DNA from: a virus | Lineage: Duplodnaviria > Heunggongvirae > Uroviricota > Caudoviricetes | Length of the DNA: 64,000 bases | Reading direction: 5' to 3' (one strand) | IMG/VR virus record: IMGVR_UViG_2565956614_000003 | Shown here: in pieces, positions 22,464 to 31,544 of the stretch | How positions within the stretch are numbered: position 1 is the first letter of the stretch | Layout: each line of letters begins with the position of its first letter | The notes under the pieces: generated by a model | The model's database searches: none | Seen by the model: the letters and a program-made list of their open reading frames with translations, nothing else | Told to the model about the DNA's origin: nothing | Program-made: the position numbers and the translations under genes

Positions 22464-24404
22464 ATGAAAAAAGAAACGATTTTTTCCGAAGTAGAAACGG
22501 CTAACAGCAAGCAACTGGCTGTGTTGAAAGCTAATTTCCCACAGTGTTTTGATAAAAACGGAGCCTTCATTCAAGAAAAATTGCTTGAGATTATTAGAGC
22601 ATCGGAGGTTGAACTCTCTAAAGAATCATACAGTTTAAACTGGCTGGGTAAATCTTATGCCCGTTTGTTGGCCAATCTACCACCGAAAACGTTGTTGGCA
22701 GAAGATAAAACACATAACCAACAAGAAGAGAACAAGAACAGTCAAAACCTGTTAATCAAAGGGGATAACCTCGAAGTATTGAAGCATATGGTTAATGCTT
22801 ATGCTGAAAAGGTGAATATGATTTACATTGACCCACCATACAATACGGGTAAAGATGGATTCGTCTATAACGATGATCGCAAGTTTACACCAGAACAGCT
22901 TTCTGAACTGGCAGGTATCGAGCTTGATGAGGCTAACCGCATACTTGAATTTACCACCAAGGGTTCAAGCAGTCATAGTGCATGGCTGACATTCATTTAT
23001 CCTCGTCTTTATATTGCACGTGAACTTTTAAAAGAGGATGGAGTAATATTCATCTCCATAGACGATAACGAAGATAAACAGTTGGGATTATTATGCGACG
23101 AAGTATTTGGGCAAGGTAATTTTGTTGCAAAACTCCCTACAATCATGAATCTCAAAGGCAATCATGATAACTTTGGCTTTTCAGATACGCATGAATATAT
23201 ATATGTATACGCTAAAAACAAAGATGTTTGTAGTTTGGGGCAATTCGATATTGATGAAAGTGAAGTTGAAAAAGAGTGGGATGAAGATGAATATGGGCTA
23301 TTTAAAAGAGCTGATACATTAAAGCGTACTGGCCAAGATGCTTCTAGAAAATCAAGACCAAAAGGTTGGTTTCCGGTATTCATCAATTCAGAAAATAAGG
23401 TTTATGTAACAGATGATGATAAACCTCTTAACGAAGATGACTATGTACTTTACCCAGTAAGCCCTACGGGTGAAGAGCTTTCATGGTCGTGGGGAAAGAA
23501 AAAAATAAATGATGAGTTTTATAATCTAATAGTAATAGATATAAAAGATGGTAAAAATATCTATAAAAAACAGCGGCCTGCTCTTGGAGAGCTACCAACT
23601 AAAAAGCCAAAATCAATTTGGTATAAACCTGAATATAGTACAAGCACGGCGACAACTGAGCTTAAAAATCTTTTAGGTGCAAAATTATTTGAAGGACCAA
23701 AACCTGTTCCTCTTATAACCGATCTTGTAAAAATAGGAACAAAAAAGGATTCATTAGTTCTTGACTTTTTTGCTGGCTCTGGTACGACAGCAGAAGCTGT
23801 TGCATATTTAAATGAAAAAGATTCAGGCTGTAGGAATTTTATATGCATACAAAAAGATGAAGTTATAAATAAAACAAAGAATGCCTATTCTCTTGGCTAT
23901 AGATCTATTTTTGAAATAACAAAAAAAAGGATACAGGAGGTATTTAAAAAAAGCACAACCACAAGTGATAATGCGGCTAAAATAGGTTTCAAAGTGATTC
24001 ATACTATTGATGACTTTAGAGCAAAAGTTGAGTCTGAACTTACGCTCACTAATCATACATTCTTTGATGATGCGGTATTAACGCCTGAACAGTATGATGC
24101 CCTATTGACTACATGGTGTGTATATGATGGTAGCTTGTTAACAACACCTATTGAAGATGTTGATCTTAGTGGCTATACAGCACACTTTTGCAATGGCCGT
24201 CTGTATTTGATTGCACCTAATTTTACTAGCGAAGCATTGAAAGCGTTGCTCCAAAAGCTGGATTCAGATGAAGATTTTGCCCCAAACAAAGTCGTGTTTT
24301 ATGGTTGTAACTTTGAAAGTGCAAAACAAAGGGAGCTTAATGAGGCGCTAAAAAGTTATGCTAACAAAAAATCTATTGAGTTAGATTTAGTGGTAAGGAA
24401 CTAA
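22464..24404 (+). CDS. mod: Type III R-M modification methyltransferase (EcoP1I/EcoP15I Mod family)
   Basis: N6A-MTase motifs IYIDPPYNTGKD and DFFAGSGTT; 646 aa from MKKETIF start (longest ORF begins 22443); AT-rich island. Confidence 0.9.
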   Translation: MKKETIFSEVETANSKQLAVLKANFPQCFDKNGAFIQEKLLEIIRASEVELSKESYSLNWLGKSYARLLANLPPKTLLAEDKTHNQQEENKNSQNLLIKGDNLEVLKHMVNAYAEKVNMIYIDPPYNTGKDGFVYNDDRKFTPEQLSELAGIELDEANRILEFTTKGSSSHSAWLTFIYPRLYIARELLKEDGVIFISIDDNEDKQLGLLCDEVFGQGNFVAKLPTIMNLKGNHDNFGFSDTHEYIYVYAKNKDVCSLGQFDIDESEVEKEWDEDEYGLFKRADTLKRTGQDASRKSRPKGWFPVFINSENKVYVTDDDKPLNEDDYVLYPVSPTGEELSWSWGKKKINDEFYNLIVIDIKDGKNIYKKQRPALGELPTKKPKSIWYKPEYSTSTATTELKNLLGAKLFEGPKPVPLITDLVKIGTKKDSLVLDFFAGSGTTAEAVAYLNEKDSGCRNFICIQKDEVINKTKNAYSLGYRSIFEITKKRIQEVFKKSTTTSDNAAKIGFKVIHTIDDFRAKVESELTLTNHTFFDDAVLTPEQYDALLTTWCVYDGSLLTTPIEDVDLSGYTAHFCNGRLYLIAPNFTSEALKALLQKLDSDEDFAPNKVVFYGCNFESAKQRELNEALKSYANKKSIELDLVVRN

Positions 24405-24406
24405 TC

Positions 24407-27319
24407 ATGTCAAAAGGGTTCACATTCGAAAAGAACTTACCGCATCAGAAAGCAGGTGTCGATGCGGTGATGAACGTTTTTGTTTCCGCGACATCTCATC
24501 AGGAGGATAATGTTTCTATTCGCCTGTTAGTTAATCCAGAATTACGGCTTACTGAACAGCAATACTATAAAAATATAAAAAAAGTTCAGGAACTCAATGG
24601 TATTGAACATGTAAAAAATAATTACGATGCTGGAAGCAACGTAATCGATGTTTCTATGGAGACAGGTACAGGTAAAACGTATACCTACACTAAAACAATT
24701 TTTGATCTGAACAAATCATTTGGCATTAATAAGTTTATCATTATTGTTCCTACTCTATCGATCAAAGCTGGAACAGTGAACTTTTTGAAAAGCGATGCGT
24801 TAAAAGAACACTTTAGAGATGATTATGAGCGTGAAATAAAGACTTACGTTGTTGAAAGTCAGAAAAATGCCGGTAAAAGCACAAAATCGTATATGCCTCA
24901 AGCTATACATGATTTTGTTGAAGCTAGTAATTTCAATAAGAAATATATACACGTTCTTGTTATTAACACGGGAATGATTCACTCTAAGAATTTAAATTCC
25001 ACTTATGATGTTGGCTTGCTTGACAATCATTTTGATTCTCCCTTTTCAGCTCTTGGTGCGGTAAAACCATTCATTATCATTGATGAACCACATAAATTTC
25101 CTACTGGTAAAAAGACATGGGAAAATATAGAGAAGTTTAATGCTCAATATATTATCCGCTACGGTGCGACCTTTAGTGAAGGCTATAAGAATTTAGTTTA
25201 TCGACTTACAGCTGTGGATGCATTTAATGAAGACCTTGTTAAAGGTATTGATGCGTACATTGAGGATATTGTTGGTGATGGTGACGCCAACCTAAAGTTC
25301 ATTAAATCTGATGGGGAAGAAGTTACATTTGAGCTAAATGAAAATAACAAGAAAACTTTATTTAAGTTAACAAAAGGTGAATCTCTATCTAAGACACATA
25401 GTGCTATTCACGATTTAACTCTTGATGCCTTAGGCAAGAATACAGTAGTGTTGAGTAATGGTATTGAGCTAAAAATTGGTTGCTCAATAAACCCCTATTC
25501 TTACGATCAGACACTTGCTGACAGCATGATGAGGAAAGCTATCAAAGAACACTTTAAGTTAGAAAAAGAGTTTCTGACACAAAGGCCACGCATAAAGCCT
25601 CTTACTCTTTTCTTTATTGATGATATTGAAGGTTATCGTGACGGTAATAATATTGCCGGAAGTTTGAAAGCTAAGTTCGAAGAATATGTTTTGGCAGAAG
25701 CTAATGAACTGTTAAAAATAGAAAAAGATGAGTTTTATAGTAACTATCTTGAAAAAACAGTTAAAGATATATCTTCCGTTCATGGCGGTTATTTTTCAAA
25801 AGATAACAGTGATAAGGATGATAAAATCGAGAAGGAAATCAACGAAATCCTTCATGACAAAGAGCTTTTGCTGTCTTTAGATAATCCACGTCGTTTCATT
25901 TTCTCAAAATGGACGTTGCGTGAGGGATGGGATAATCCTAATGTCTTTCAGATCTGTAAGCTCCGTTCGAGCGGTAGTACCACATCCAAGCTTCAAGAGG
26001 TAGGGCGCGGTTTGCGTCTTCCTGTGAATGAATACATGTGTCGAGTGAAAGACCGCAATTTTACCCTTAAATATTATGTCGATTTTACAGAAAAGGATTT
26101 TGTTGACTCACTTGTTAAAGAGGTCAATGAGAGTTCTTTCAAAGAAAGGGTTCCAAGTAAGTTTACTCAAGAGCTTAAGGAACAAATCAGGGCTCAGTAT
26201 CCTGAGCTTTCATCCAGAGCACTAATGAATGAACTTTTCAATGATGAAATCATTGATGAAAATGATAATTTCAAAGATTCAGATGCCTACAGCCGCTTAA
26301 AATCCAAATATCCAGCAGCATTCCCTATAGGAGTGAAACCAGGTAAAATCAAAAAAGCTACTGATGGAAAAAGACGCACTAAAATGCGTGTTGGTAAGTT
26401 CAGTGAGCTGAAAGAACTATGGGAATTAATCAATCAAAAAGCGGTGATTGAGTACAAAATAAACAGTGAAAATGAGTTTTTATCCATTTTCAAGTCATTC
26501 ATGCTCGAAGAAACAGAACGATTTACCAAATCAGGCGTTCATACTCGCATTGATAAAATTTACATCCACAATGATATGGCAATGTCGAAAAGCATTGTTA
26601 GTGATGACGATGACTTTGCTAAGCTAAACACAATGAGTTATCGAGAGTTTCTCGATAACTTATCACAGACTATTTTTGTTAAACACGATACTTTACATAA
26701 AGTTTTTTGTGATATAAAAGACACTATTAATATCACTGAATACCTGAATATTCAAACAATCAGAAAAATTAAATCTGGTTTTAGTAAGTATTTGTTGAAC
26801 AATTCGTTTAACAAATTCAGCCTCGGATATAATTTGATTTCGGGGTCAATTCATCCCACAAAGTTCACAAATGCTGATGGTAAGCCTCTAGACGAGGTAT
26901 TATCAAGTGATCTTGGTGTATTACAGGATAATTCAAAAGCACCATTAGATACTTATCTTTTTGAAGAGGTTTTTTATGATTCAGAGCTTGAAAGGCGTAA
27001 TATAACAGATAGAGAGATCCAGTCTGTTGTTGTTTTTTCAAAGATACCGAAGAATTCTATTAAGATCCCGGTAGCTGGTGGATACACTTACTCACCCGAT
27101 TTTGCTTATGTTGTAAAAACAGCAGAAGGTGATTATCTTAACTTTATCATTGAAACAAAAAACGTAGATAGTAAGGATAGTTTACGGCTTGAAGAAAAAA
27201 AGAAAATTGAACATGCCCAGGCGCTTTTCAATCAAATAAGTCAGTCTGTTAAAGTTGAATTCAAAACGCAGTTTGCTAATGATGATATTTATCAGTTAAT
27301 CAAGAGCGCATTACCATAA
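24407..27319 (+). CDS. res: Type III R-M restriction subunit (Res)
   Basis: 970 aa; helicase motifs GTGKTYT and IIIDEPHKF; C-terminal PD-(D/E)xK-like SPDFAYVV...IIETK; start 3 nt after mod stop. Confidence 0.9.
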   Translation: MSKGFTFEKNLPHQKAGVDAVMNVFVSATSHQEDNVSIRLLVNPELRLTEQQYYKNIKKVQELNGIEHVKNNYDAGSNVIDVSMETGTGKTYTYTKTIFDLNKSFGINKFIIIVPTLSIKAGTVNFLKSDALKEHFRDDYEREIKTYVVESQKNAGKSTKSYMPQAIHDFVEASNFNKKYIHVLVINTGMIHSKNLNSTYDVGLLDNHFDSPFSALGAVKPFIIIDEPHKFPTGKKTWENIEKFNAQYIIRYGATFSEGYKNLVYRLTAVDAFNEDLVKGIDAYIEDIVGDGDANLKFIKSDGEEVTFELNENNKKTLFKLTKGESLSKTHSAIHDLTLDALGKNTVVLSNGIELKIGCSINPYSYDQTLADSMMRKAIKEHFKLEKEFLTQRPRIKPLTLFFIDDIEGYRDGNNIAGSLKAKFEEYVLAEANELLKIEKDEFYSNYLEKTVKDISSVHGGYFSKDNSDKDDKIEKEINEILHDKELLLSLDNPRRFIFSKWTLREGWDNPNVFQICKLRSSGSTTSKLQEVGRGLRLPVNEYMCRVKDRNFTLKYYVDFTEKDFVDSLVKEVNESSFKERVPSKFTQELKEQIRAQYPELSSRALMNELFNDEIIDENDNFKDSDAYSRLKSKYPAAFPIGVKPGKIKKATDGKRRTKMRVGKFSELKELWELINQKAVIEYKINSENEFLSIFKSFMLEETERFTKSGVHTRIDKIYIHNDMAMSKSIVSDDDDFAKLNTMSYREFLDNLSQTIFVKHDTLHKVFCDIKDTINITEYLNIQTIRKIKSGFSKYLLNNSFNKFSLGYNLISGSIHPTKFTNADGKPLDEVLSSDLGVLQDNSKAPLDTYLFEEVFYDSELERRNITDREIQSVVVFSKIPKNSIKIPVAGGYTYSPDFAYVVKTAEGDYLNFIIETKNVDSKDSLRLEEKKKIEHAQALFNQISQSVKVEFKTQFANDDIYQLIKSALP

Positions 27320-27331
27320 TTCCAGTTTAAA

Positions 27332-27353
27332 AGGAGGTGAAAACCTCCTTTTT
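27332..27353 (+). terminator. Rho-independent terminator after res (aggaggt-gaaa-acctccttttt)
   Basis: 7-bp stem, tetraloop, T5. Confidence 0.7.
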
Positions 27354-27394
27354 ATGACATCCAACACGACCTGAAAGAAGTGGCGCTCAGGTCG

Positions 27395-28036
27395 TTAAAA
27401 ATAGTTTCCCTTTCCAGTTAAGATTCCATGTGGAACGCTTTTTTCCGCAAGTCTCTGTGTGCCGCGAATTATGTTAATCAGTGGGCTTAGTAACGATGGT
27501 TCCTGGCGTGGCTCAACTTCTCCAGCCATTGCCCTGATGTAGTCGGAGTTTGCAACGTTGTTGTATTCCGTTGCGAAGCAGCATAACAACGTCAGAACGT
27601 GCTCTGTCGTTATTTCGCTCCAGTTGATGTTGAAAAATTCATCGCCTTTTTTGTCATGTTCGGAATCGAAGATGCTTTGGTGGAGGATGTATTTGCCGGA
27701 TTCCTTGCGCGGTAACTTGATCGCTTTCTGGCGTTCCAATTCCTTATAAATCTGCATTGCTTCAATCAGTACCGGTCTACCGTTCATGAAGGGATCACGC
27801 AACCTTACACGCTGGCCAACTCGACCGGTAATAAAGCTGTTTTCCTCTTCCACCAGCACGATAAAACCCTTTTCCTCTTTTTCTCGCAATTCGCGCAGCA
27901 GCTGGAGTTCAATATCGCGGCGGCGTTCAGGGTAGCTGGTCCGCTCAGCCATTATCAGCTCATTGTTGATCCATGCAGCAGTCATTGACGCCGGTTTGCC
28001 GACGCTCATTGAAACAACGCATATTTTCTTATCCAT
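27395..28036 (-). CDS. mat: Mat-like particle maturation protein (start MDKKICVV preferred; longest ORF extends to 28147)
   Basis: Synteny between res and ref; RBS ggggg before ATG at 28036; late-promoter-like motif upstream. Confidence 0.5.
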   Translation of the reverse strand: MDKKICVVSMSVGKPASMTAAWINNELIMAERTSYPERRRDIELQLLRELREKEEKGFIVLVEEENSFITGRVGQRVRLRDPFMNGRPVLIEAMQIYKELERQKAIKLPRKESGKYILHQSIFDSEHDKKGDEFFNINWSEITTEHVLTLLCCFATEYNNVANSDYIRAMAGEVEPRQEPSLLSPLINIIRGTQRLAEKSVPHGILTGKGNYF

Positions 28037-28166
28037 AGCGCCCCCTACAAAAAAGAAAAGCCACCAGCGGCGGCTTAGCAATACAACAGAAGGTAGCGCC
28101 CGGTACTCAGACTGTGCCGTCCATGGAATATTTGAAAAGGGATCCATCCGTACCGGGCGTGTGATG

Positions 28167-28188
28167 ATTCTGACTCAAGTCACTTGTC
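28167..28188 (-). promoter_or_regulatory. Late-promoter-like element (gacaagtga-N7-cagaat) upstream of mat
   Basis: 8/9 9-mer, 7-bp spacer; -10 hexamer imperfect. Confidence 0.3.
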
Positions 28189-28225
28189 AGTTGTCAATCA
28201 TTTAAGATTAAAAATAATATATTTA

Positions 28226-28786
28226 TTAGTGCATGATGTTTGCCATTTCATAGGCGTCAGCCAGCAACTCCATCTCTGACTTGTTCAGCAAGGTGAATTC
28301 TTTCTTGCCTCCAACCACACCATCGGCATGAACAGGGACCAGCCAGGGGTATTTTTCTCTTACTTCAGCCGGTGCTGCATGCTGGTGGTGCCATCTACAA
28401 AGTGGCAATTGCTTTTTGTGACAACCAGGCGCGGTACGACCGGAGATATGGTGCAGAGACACCTCTTCAGATATTACTCCATGCATATAGCAGGCAATGC
28501 AGGGGAGAGCGCCAAGAGCATTGGCTATGCGCCGTTCCTCCGCCGTCGGTGTTCGTCCCTTCAAGTCACGAGATTTTATTTTTACCGCGCTTTTCCGCGT
28601 TTTGCTGGCTGGTGGGCGCTCTTTCTGTTTAGCGATACGGCGATCGATAGTATTCCGCATTTTCTGATATTGAGATTCTCGCCAGGCCGGATCAGCCAAC
28701 TTCTCCCGTTGCCGAGCGATCGCTCGTTCTCTGGCTGCCTTCTGCCACTTGCGGCACTGTTCAATTTTTTGTTCGATTGTTTTCAT
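28226..28786 (-). CDS. ref: Ref, HNH-type endonuclease (recombination enhancement function)
   Basis: 186 aa; HNH/zinc motif CIACYMHG...HHISG...CRWHH; basic N-terminus; C1 operator-like sites upstream. Confidence 0.85.
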   Translation of the reverse strand: MKTIEQKIEQCRKWQKAARERAIARQREKLADPAWRESQYQKMRNTIDRRIAKQKERPPASKTRKSAVKIKSRDLKGRTPTAEERRIANALGALPCIACYMHGVISEEVSLHHISGRTAPGCHKKQLPLCRWHHQHAAPAEVREKYPWLVPVHADGVVGGKKEFTLLNKSEMELLADAYEMANIMH

Positions 28787-28789
28787 ATG

Positions 28790-28817
28790 GCAAAAAAAAA
28801 GGCGGCCTAATGGCCGC
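28790..28817 (-). terminator. Rho-independent terminator on minus strand abutting ref start (ggcggcc-atta-ggccgcc + T9)
   Basis: 7-bp GC stem followed by 9 T on minus strand; T-run ends 4 nt before ref ATG. Confidence 0.6.
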
Positions 28818-28872
28818 CAATGATGTCAAGGAGTGAAGTAATGGCAACGTCTTCGTAGTTGACAAAAACTGC

Positions 28873-28902
28873 GGCTCAATTATAGCAATCAATTAGAGCA
28901 AT
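28873..28902 (-). promoter_or_regulatory. Tandem C1 operator-like motifs upstream of ref (caattatagcaat / caattagagcaat)
   Basis: Two overlapping copies of the operator core ATTAGAGCAAT (one with a single mismatch); about 100 bp upstream of ref. Confidence 0.5.
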
Positions 28903-29034
28903 GATAGATATTTTGTTAATCGCGAATCACATTTTTTCACTTCAGTACCTGTGTGCTATACTCCTTCTTGATTGATTGGATGCGGAATACAAACCCGCTC
29001 TTTTGTGCAGCCTGGCTCCTTGCCAGGCTTTTTT

Positions 29035-29346
29035 TTATTTCAGCATGGAAGCTGTTAACGCTTTGGACCTTGCTGAACTGATTGAGAGGGCTTTGTCAAC
29101 GTGCCCCAAAAATTCGCCAAACTCAGACATCACTTTGGCAAAACCGCGCCGTGCTTCTTCCTCGGTGGCATTCATCACGAAATGTTCAGCACTACGAATA
29201 CTTTTGACAGGGAACGCAACAGATATTGAGTCAATATCAGCCATTCTATCGCTTAACTTTACAGTGACAATGACGGCTGGCGACTGAATATTAGTGCTTA
29301 CAGACAGCACTACATATTTTCCGCCGATGTCGAAATCCTTTCTCAT
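29035..29346 (-). CDS. cra: Cra-like small protein downstream of cre
   Basis: 103 aa between cre and ref; synteny. Confidence 0.5.
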   Translation of the reverse strand: MRKDFDIGGKYVVLSVSTNIQSPAVIVTVKLSDRMADIDSISVAFPVKSIRSAEHFVMNATEEEARRGFAKVMSEFGEFLGHVDKALSISSARSKALTASMLK

Positions 29347-29396
29347 ATGTCACCATAAATATCAAATAATTATAGCAATTTCTTATATATTGACGG

Positions 29397-30428
29397 CTAA
29401 TCACCATCTTCCAGCAGGCGCACCATTGCCCCCGTTTCACTATCCAGATTACGGATATAGTTCATGACAATATTTACGTTGGTCCAGCCACCAGCTTGCA
29501 TGATCTCCGGTATTGAAACTCCGGCGCGGGCCATATCTCGCGCGGCTCCGACACGGGCACTGTGTCCAGACCAGGCCAGGTACCTCTGGCCAGAGTCATC
29601 CTTAGCCCCGTAAATCAATCGGTGAGTTGCTTCAAAAATCCCTTCCAGGGCGCGAGTTGATAGCTGGCTGGTGGCAGATGGCGCGGCAACACCATTTTTT
29701 CTGACACGGCAAAACAAGTAGTTATTCGGATCATCAGCCACACCAGAGACAGAAATCCATCGCTCAACCAGTTTAGTTACCCCCAGACTAAGTGCCTTCT
29801 CTACACCAGCGGTGCTAACCAGCGTTTTCGTTCTGCCAATATGGATTAACATTCTCCCACCGTCAGTACGTGAGATATCTTTAACTCTGATCCTAGAAAT
29901 TTCGGCTATACGTAACAGGGTGTTATAAGCAATCCCCAGAAATGCCAGATTACGTATATCCTGGCAGCGATCGCTATTTTCCATGAGTGAACGAACCTGG
30001 TCGAAATCAGTGCGTTCGAACGCCAGCGCCTGTTTTGCACGCTCACCGGCATCAACGTTTTCTTTTCGGATCCGTCGCATGACCAGTGAAACAGCATTGC
30101 TGTCACTTGGTCGTGGCAGCCCGGACCGACGATGAAGCATATTTAGCTGGCCCAAATGTTGCTGGATAGTTTTCACTGCCAGACCGCGCGCCTGAAGATA
30201 TAGAAGATAATCGCGAACATCTTCAGGTTCTGCGGGAAACCACTTCCGGTTATTCAACTTGCACCATGCCGCCCACGACCGGCAAACGGACAGAAGCATT
30301 TTCCAGGTATGCTCAGAAAACGCCTGGCGATCCCTGAACATGTCCATCAGGTTCTTGCGAACCTCATCACTTGTTGCATCGACCGGTAATGCAGGCAAAT
30401 TTTGGTGTACGGTCAGTAAATTAGACAT
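29397..30428 (-). CDS. cre: Cre tyrosine site-specific recombinase
   Basis: 343 aa; MSNLLTVHQNLPALPVDATSDEVRKNLMDMFRDRQAFSEHTWKMLLSVCRSWAAWCKL... appears essentially identical to P1 Cre; catalytic R-H-R-Y residues present. Confidence 0.98.
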   Translation of the reverse strand: MSNLLTVHQNLPALPVDATSDEVRKNLMDMFRDRQAFSEHTWKMLLSVCRSWAAWCKLNNRKWFPAEPEDVRDYLLYLQARGLAVKTIQQHLGQLNMLHRRSGLPRPSDSNAVSLVMRRIRKENVDAGERAKQALAFERTDFDQVRSLMENSDRCQDIRNLAFLGIAYNTLLRIAEISRIRVKDISRTDGGRMLIHIGRTKTLVSTAGVEKALSLGVTKLVERWISVSGVADDPNNYLFCRVRKNGVAAPSATSQLSTRALEGIFEATHRLIYGAKDDSGQRYLAWSGHSARVGAARDMARAGVSIPEIMQAGGWTNVNIVMNYIRNLDSETGAMVRLLEDGD

Positions 30429-30753
30429 TTAACACTCAGATAATGGTTTTAAGTAAAGTGTACAGGATCGGCTCTGCCTTTACCTGTTTATGGTTCTCGC
30501 CATAGAAACGCCAGCGACCGCGCGTGCGTACTATTTTCTCTTCACCGCGCGATAATGACAGTTGGCAACTATCACGATCAAACCCTTTTGCCCGCCAGTA
30601 ACCACGGTTTTTCTCAAGCTCAAGATGAGTGGACACTTTAGCAGCTGAATATCCCATTTTTCACCTCTGATTGATTGGTGGTGCTAAGTGCGCTACGCGA
30701 AATCTGGAGCACTAACACTGCCAACTTTTCACAGATTTTACGTAGCGCAAACT

Positions 30754-30775
30754 TGATCAAATGATCAAGTGATCA
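30754..30775. promoter_or_regulatory. Cluster of three GATC (Dam) sites as TGATCA hexamers in the cre upstream region
   Basis: tgatcaaatgatcaagtgatca; GATC at 30755, 30763, 30771. Confidence 0.4.
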
Positions 30776-30886
30776 CTATTTGACCTGATAAGGTATTGAA
30801 CTGTATGGATTTACAGGTAAATTGATCATGTTCAATAACCCTTAAGGTCTGAAGAGGAGTTTACGTCCAGCTGCGCATAAAAATCA

Positions 30887-30903
30887 AGAATTATTAGAGC
30901 AAT
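30887..30903 (-). promoter_or_regulatory. C1 operator-like site (15/17) upstream of coi
   Basis: agaattattagagcaat. Confidence 0.55.
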
Positions 30904-30969
30904 AAATTTTGAGAGAAAAATCCCACTCCACCAGCCAAAAACTGGATTGTTTTTCATAGTTGTTTGACA

Positions 30970-30986
30970 ATTGCTCTAATAAATTA
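30970..30986 (+). promoter_or_regulatory. C1 operator-like site (16/17) overlapping a TTGACA -35-like hexamer upstream of coi/c1
   Basis: ttgaca-attgctctaataaatta. Confidence 0.6.
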
Positions 30987-31224
30987 TAGTTTTGCCGCCG
31001 TTACGTAATACGACTTTGGATTCACTATTTAATGTGTCTTCAGCGTTGTAGAGCGGCTCAGAAGGAAATGAGCAAACAGGGAAACCTTATACAACGGCAT
31101 TACAGCTATGCATTGCTCATCTTACACACAGCGCAATGTTGTTAGATTACCCCAGCATGGATCATGGGTGAAACAGTAGGTCAGAGCTTCAGGCTCTGTG
31201 TTGTCAATACAGTGAGGCATAATT

Positions 31225-31434
31225 ATGGCTTTCATTCAACCAACCATCGACGACGTTAGACATTGCTCTAACGCTTTATCTGTAGACCCTGCCGAAACCG
31301 ACGCTGCCCGCGCCATTGCTGAACACTACTCAAAGATATCCAATCAGGAGTACCGCATCACCCAAGACGACCTGGATGACCTCACTGACACAATCGAATA
31401 TCTCATGGCAACTAACCAGTTAGACTCACAATAA
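31225..31434 (+). CDS. coi: Coi, C1 inactivator
   Basis: 69 aa immediately upstream of c1, downstream of operator cluster; synteny. Confidence 0.7.
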   Translation: MAFIQPTIDDVRHCSNALSVDPAETDAARAIAEHYSKISNQEYRITQDDLDDLTDTIEYLMATNQLDSQ

Positions 31435-31544
31435 ATGCACTAATAAATCTATTATTTTTGTTTGATCCCTCTATAATATAGGTCAGTAATGACCGGTTTT
31501 CTCAGCCGGGCGTTATTGACCATGTCAATTCTGGAGGAGGATCA

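Noticed and set aside
28328-28810. 160-aa + strand ORF antisense to ref
   Set aside because: Fully embedded antisense to a confidently identified gene; no independent support.
29362-29378. Weak operator-like motif caaataattatagcaat between cra and cre
   Set aside because: Four mismatches to the 17-mer including one in the conserved core; below the threshold used for the other sites.
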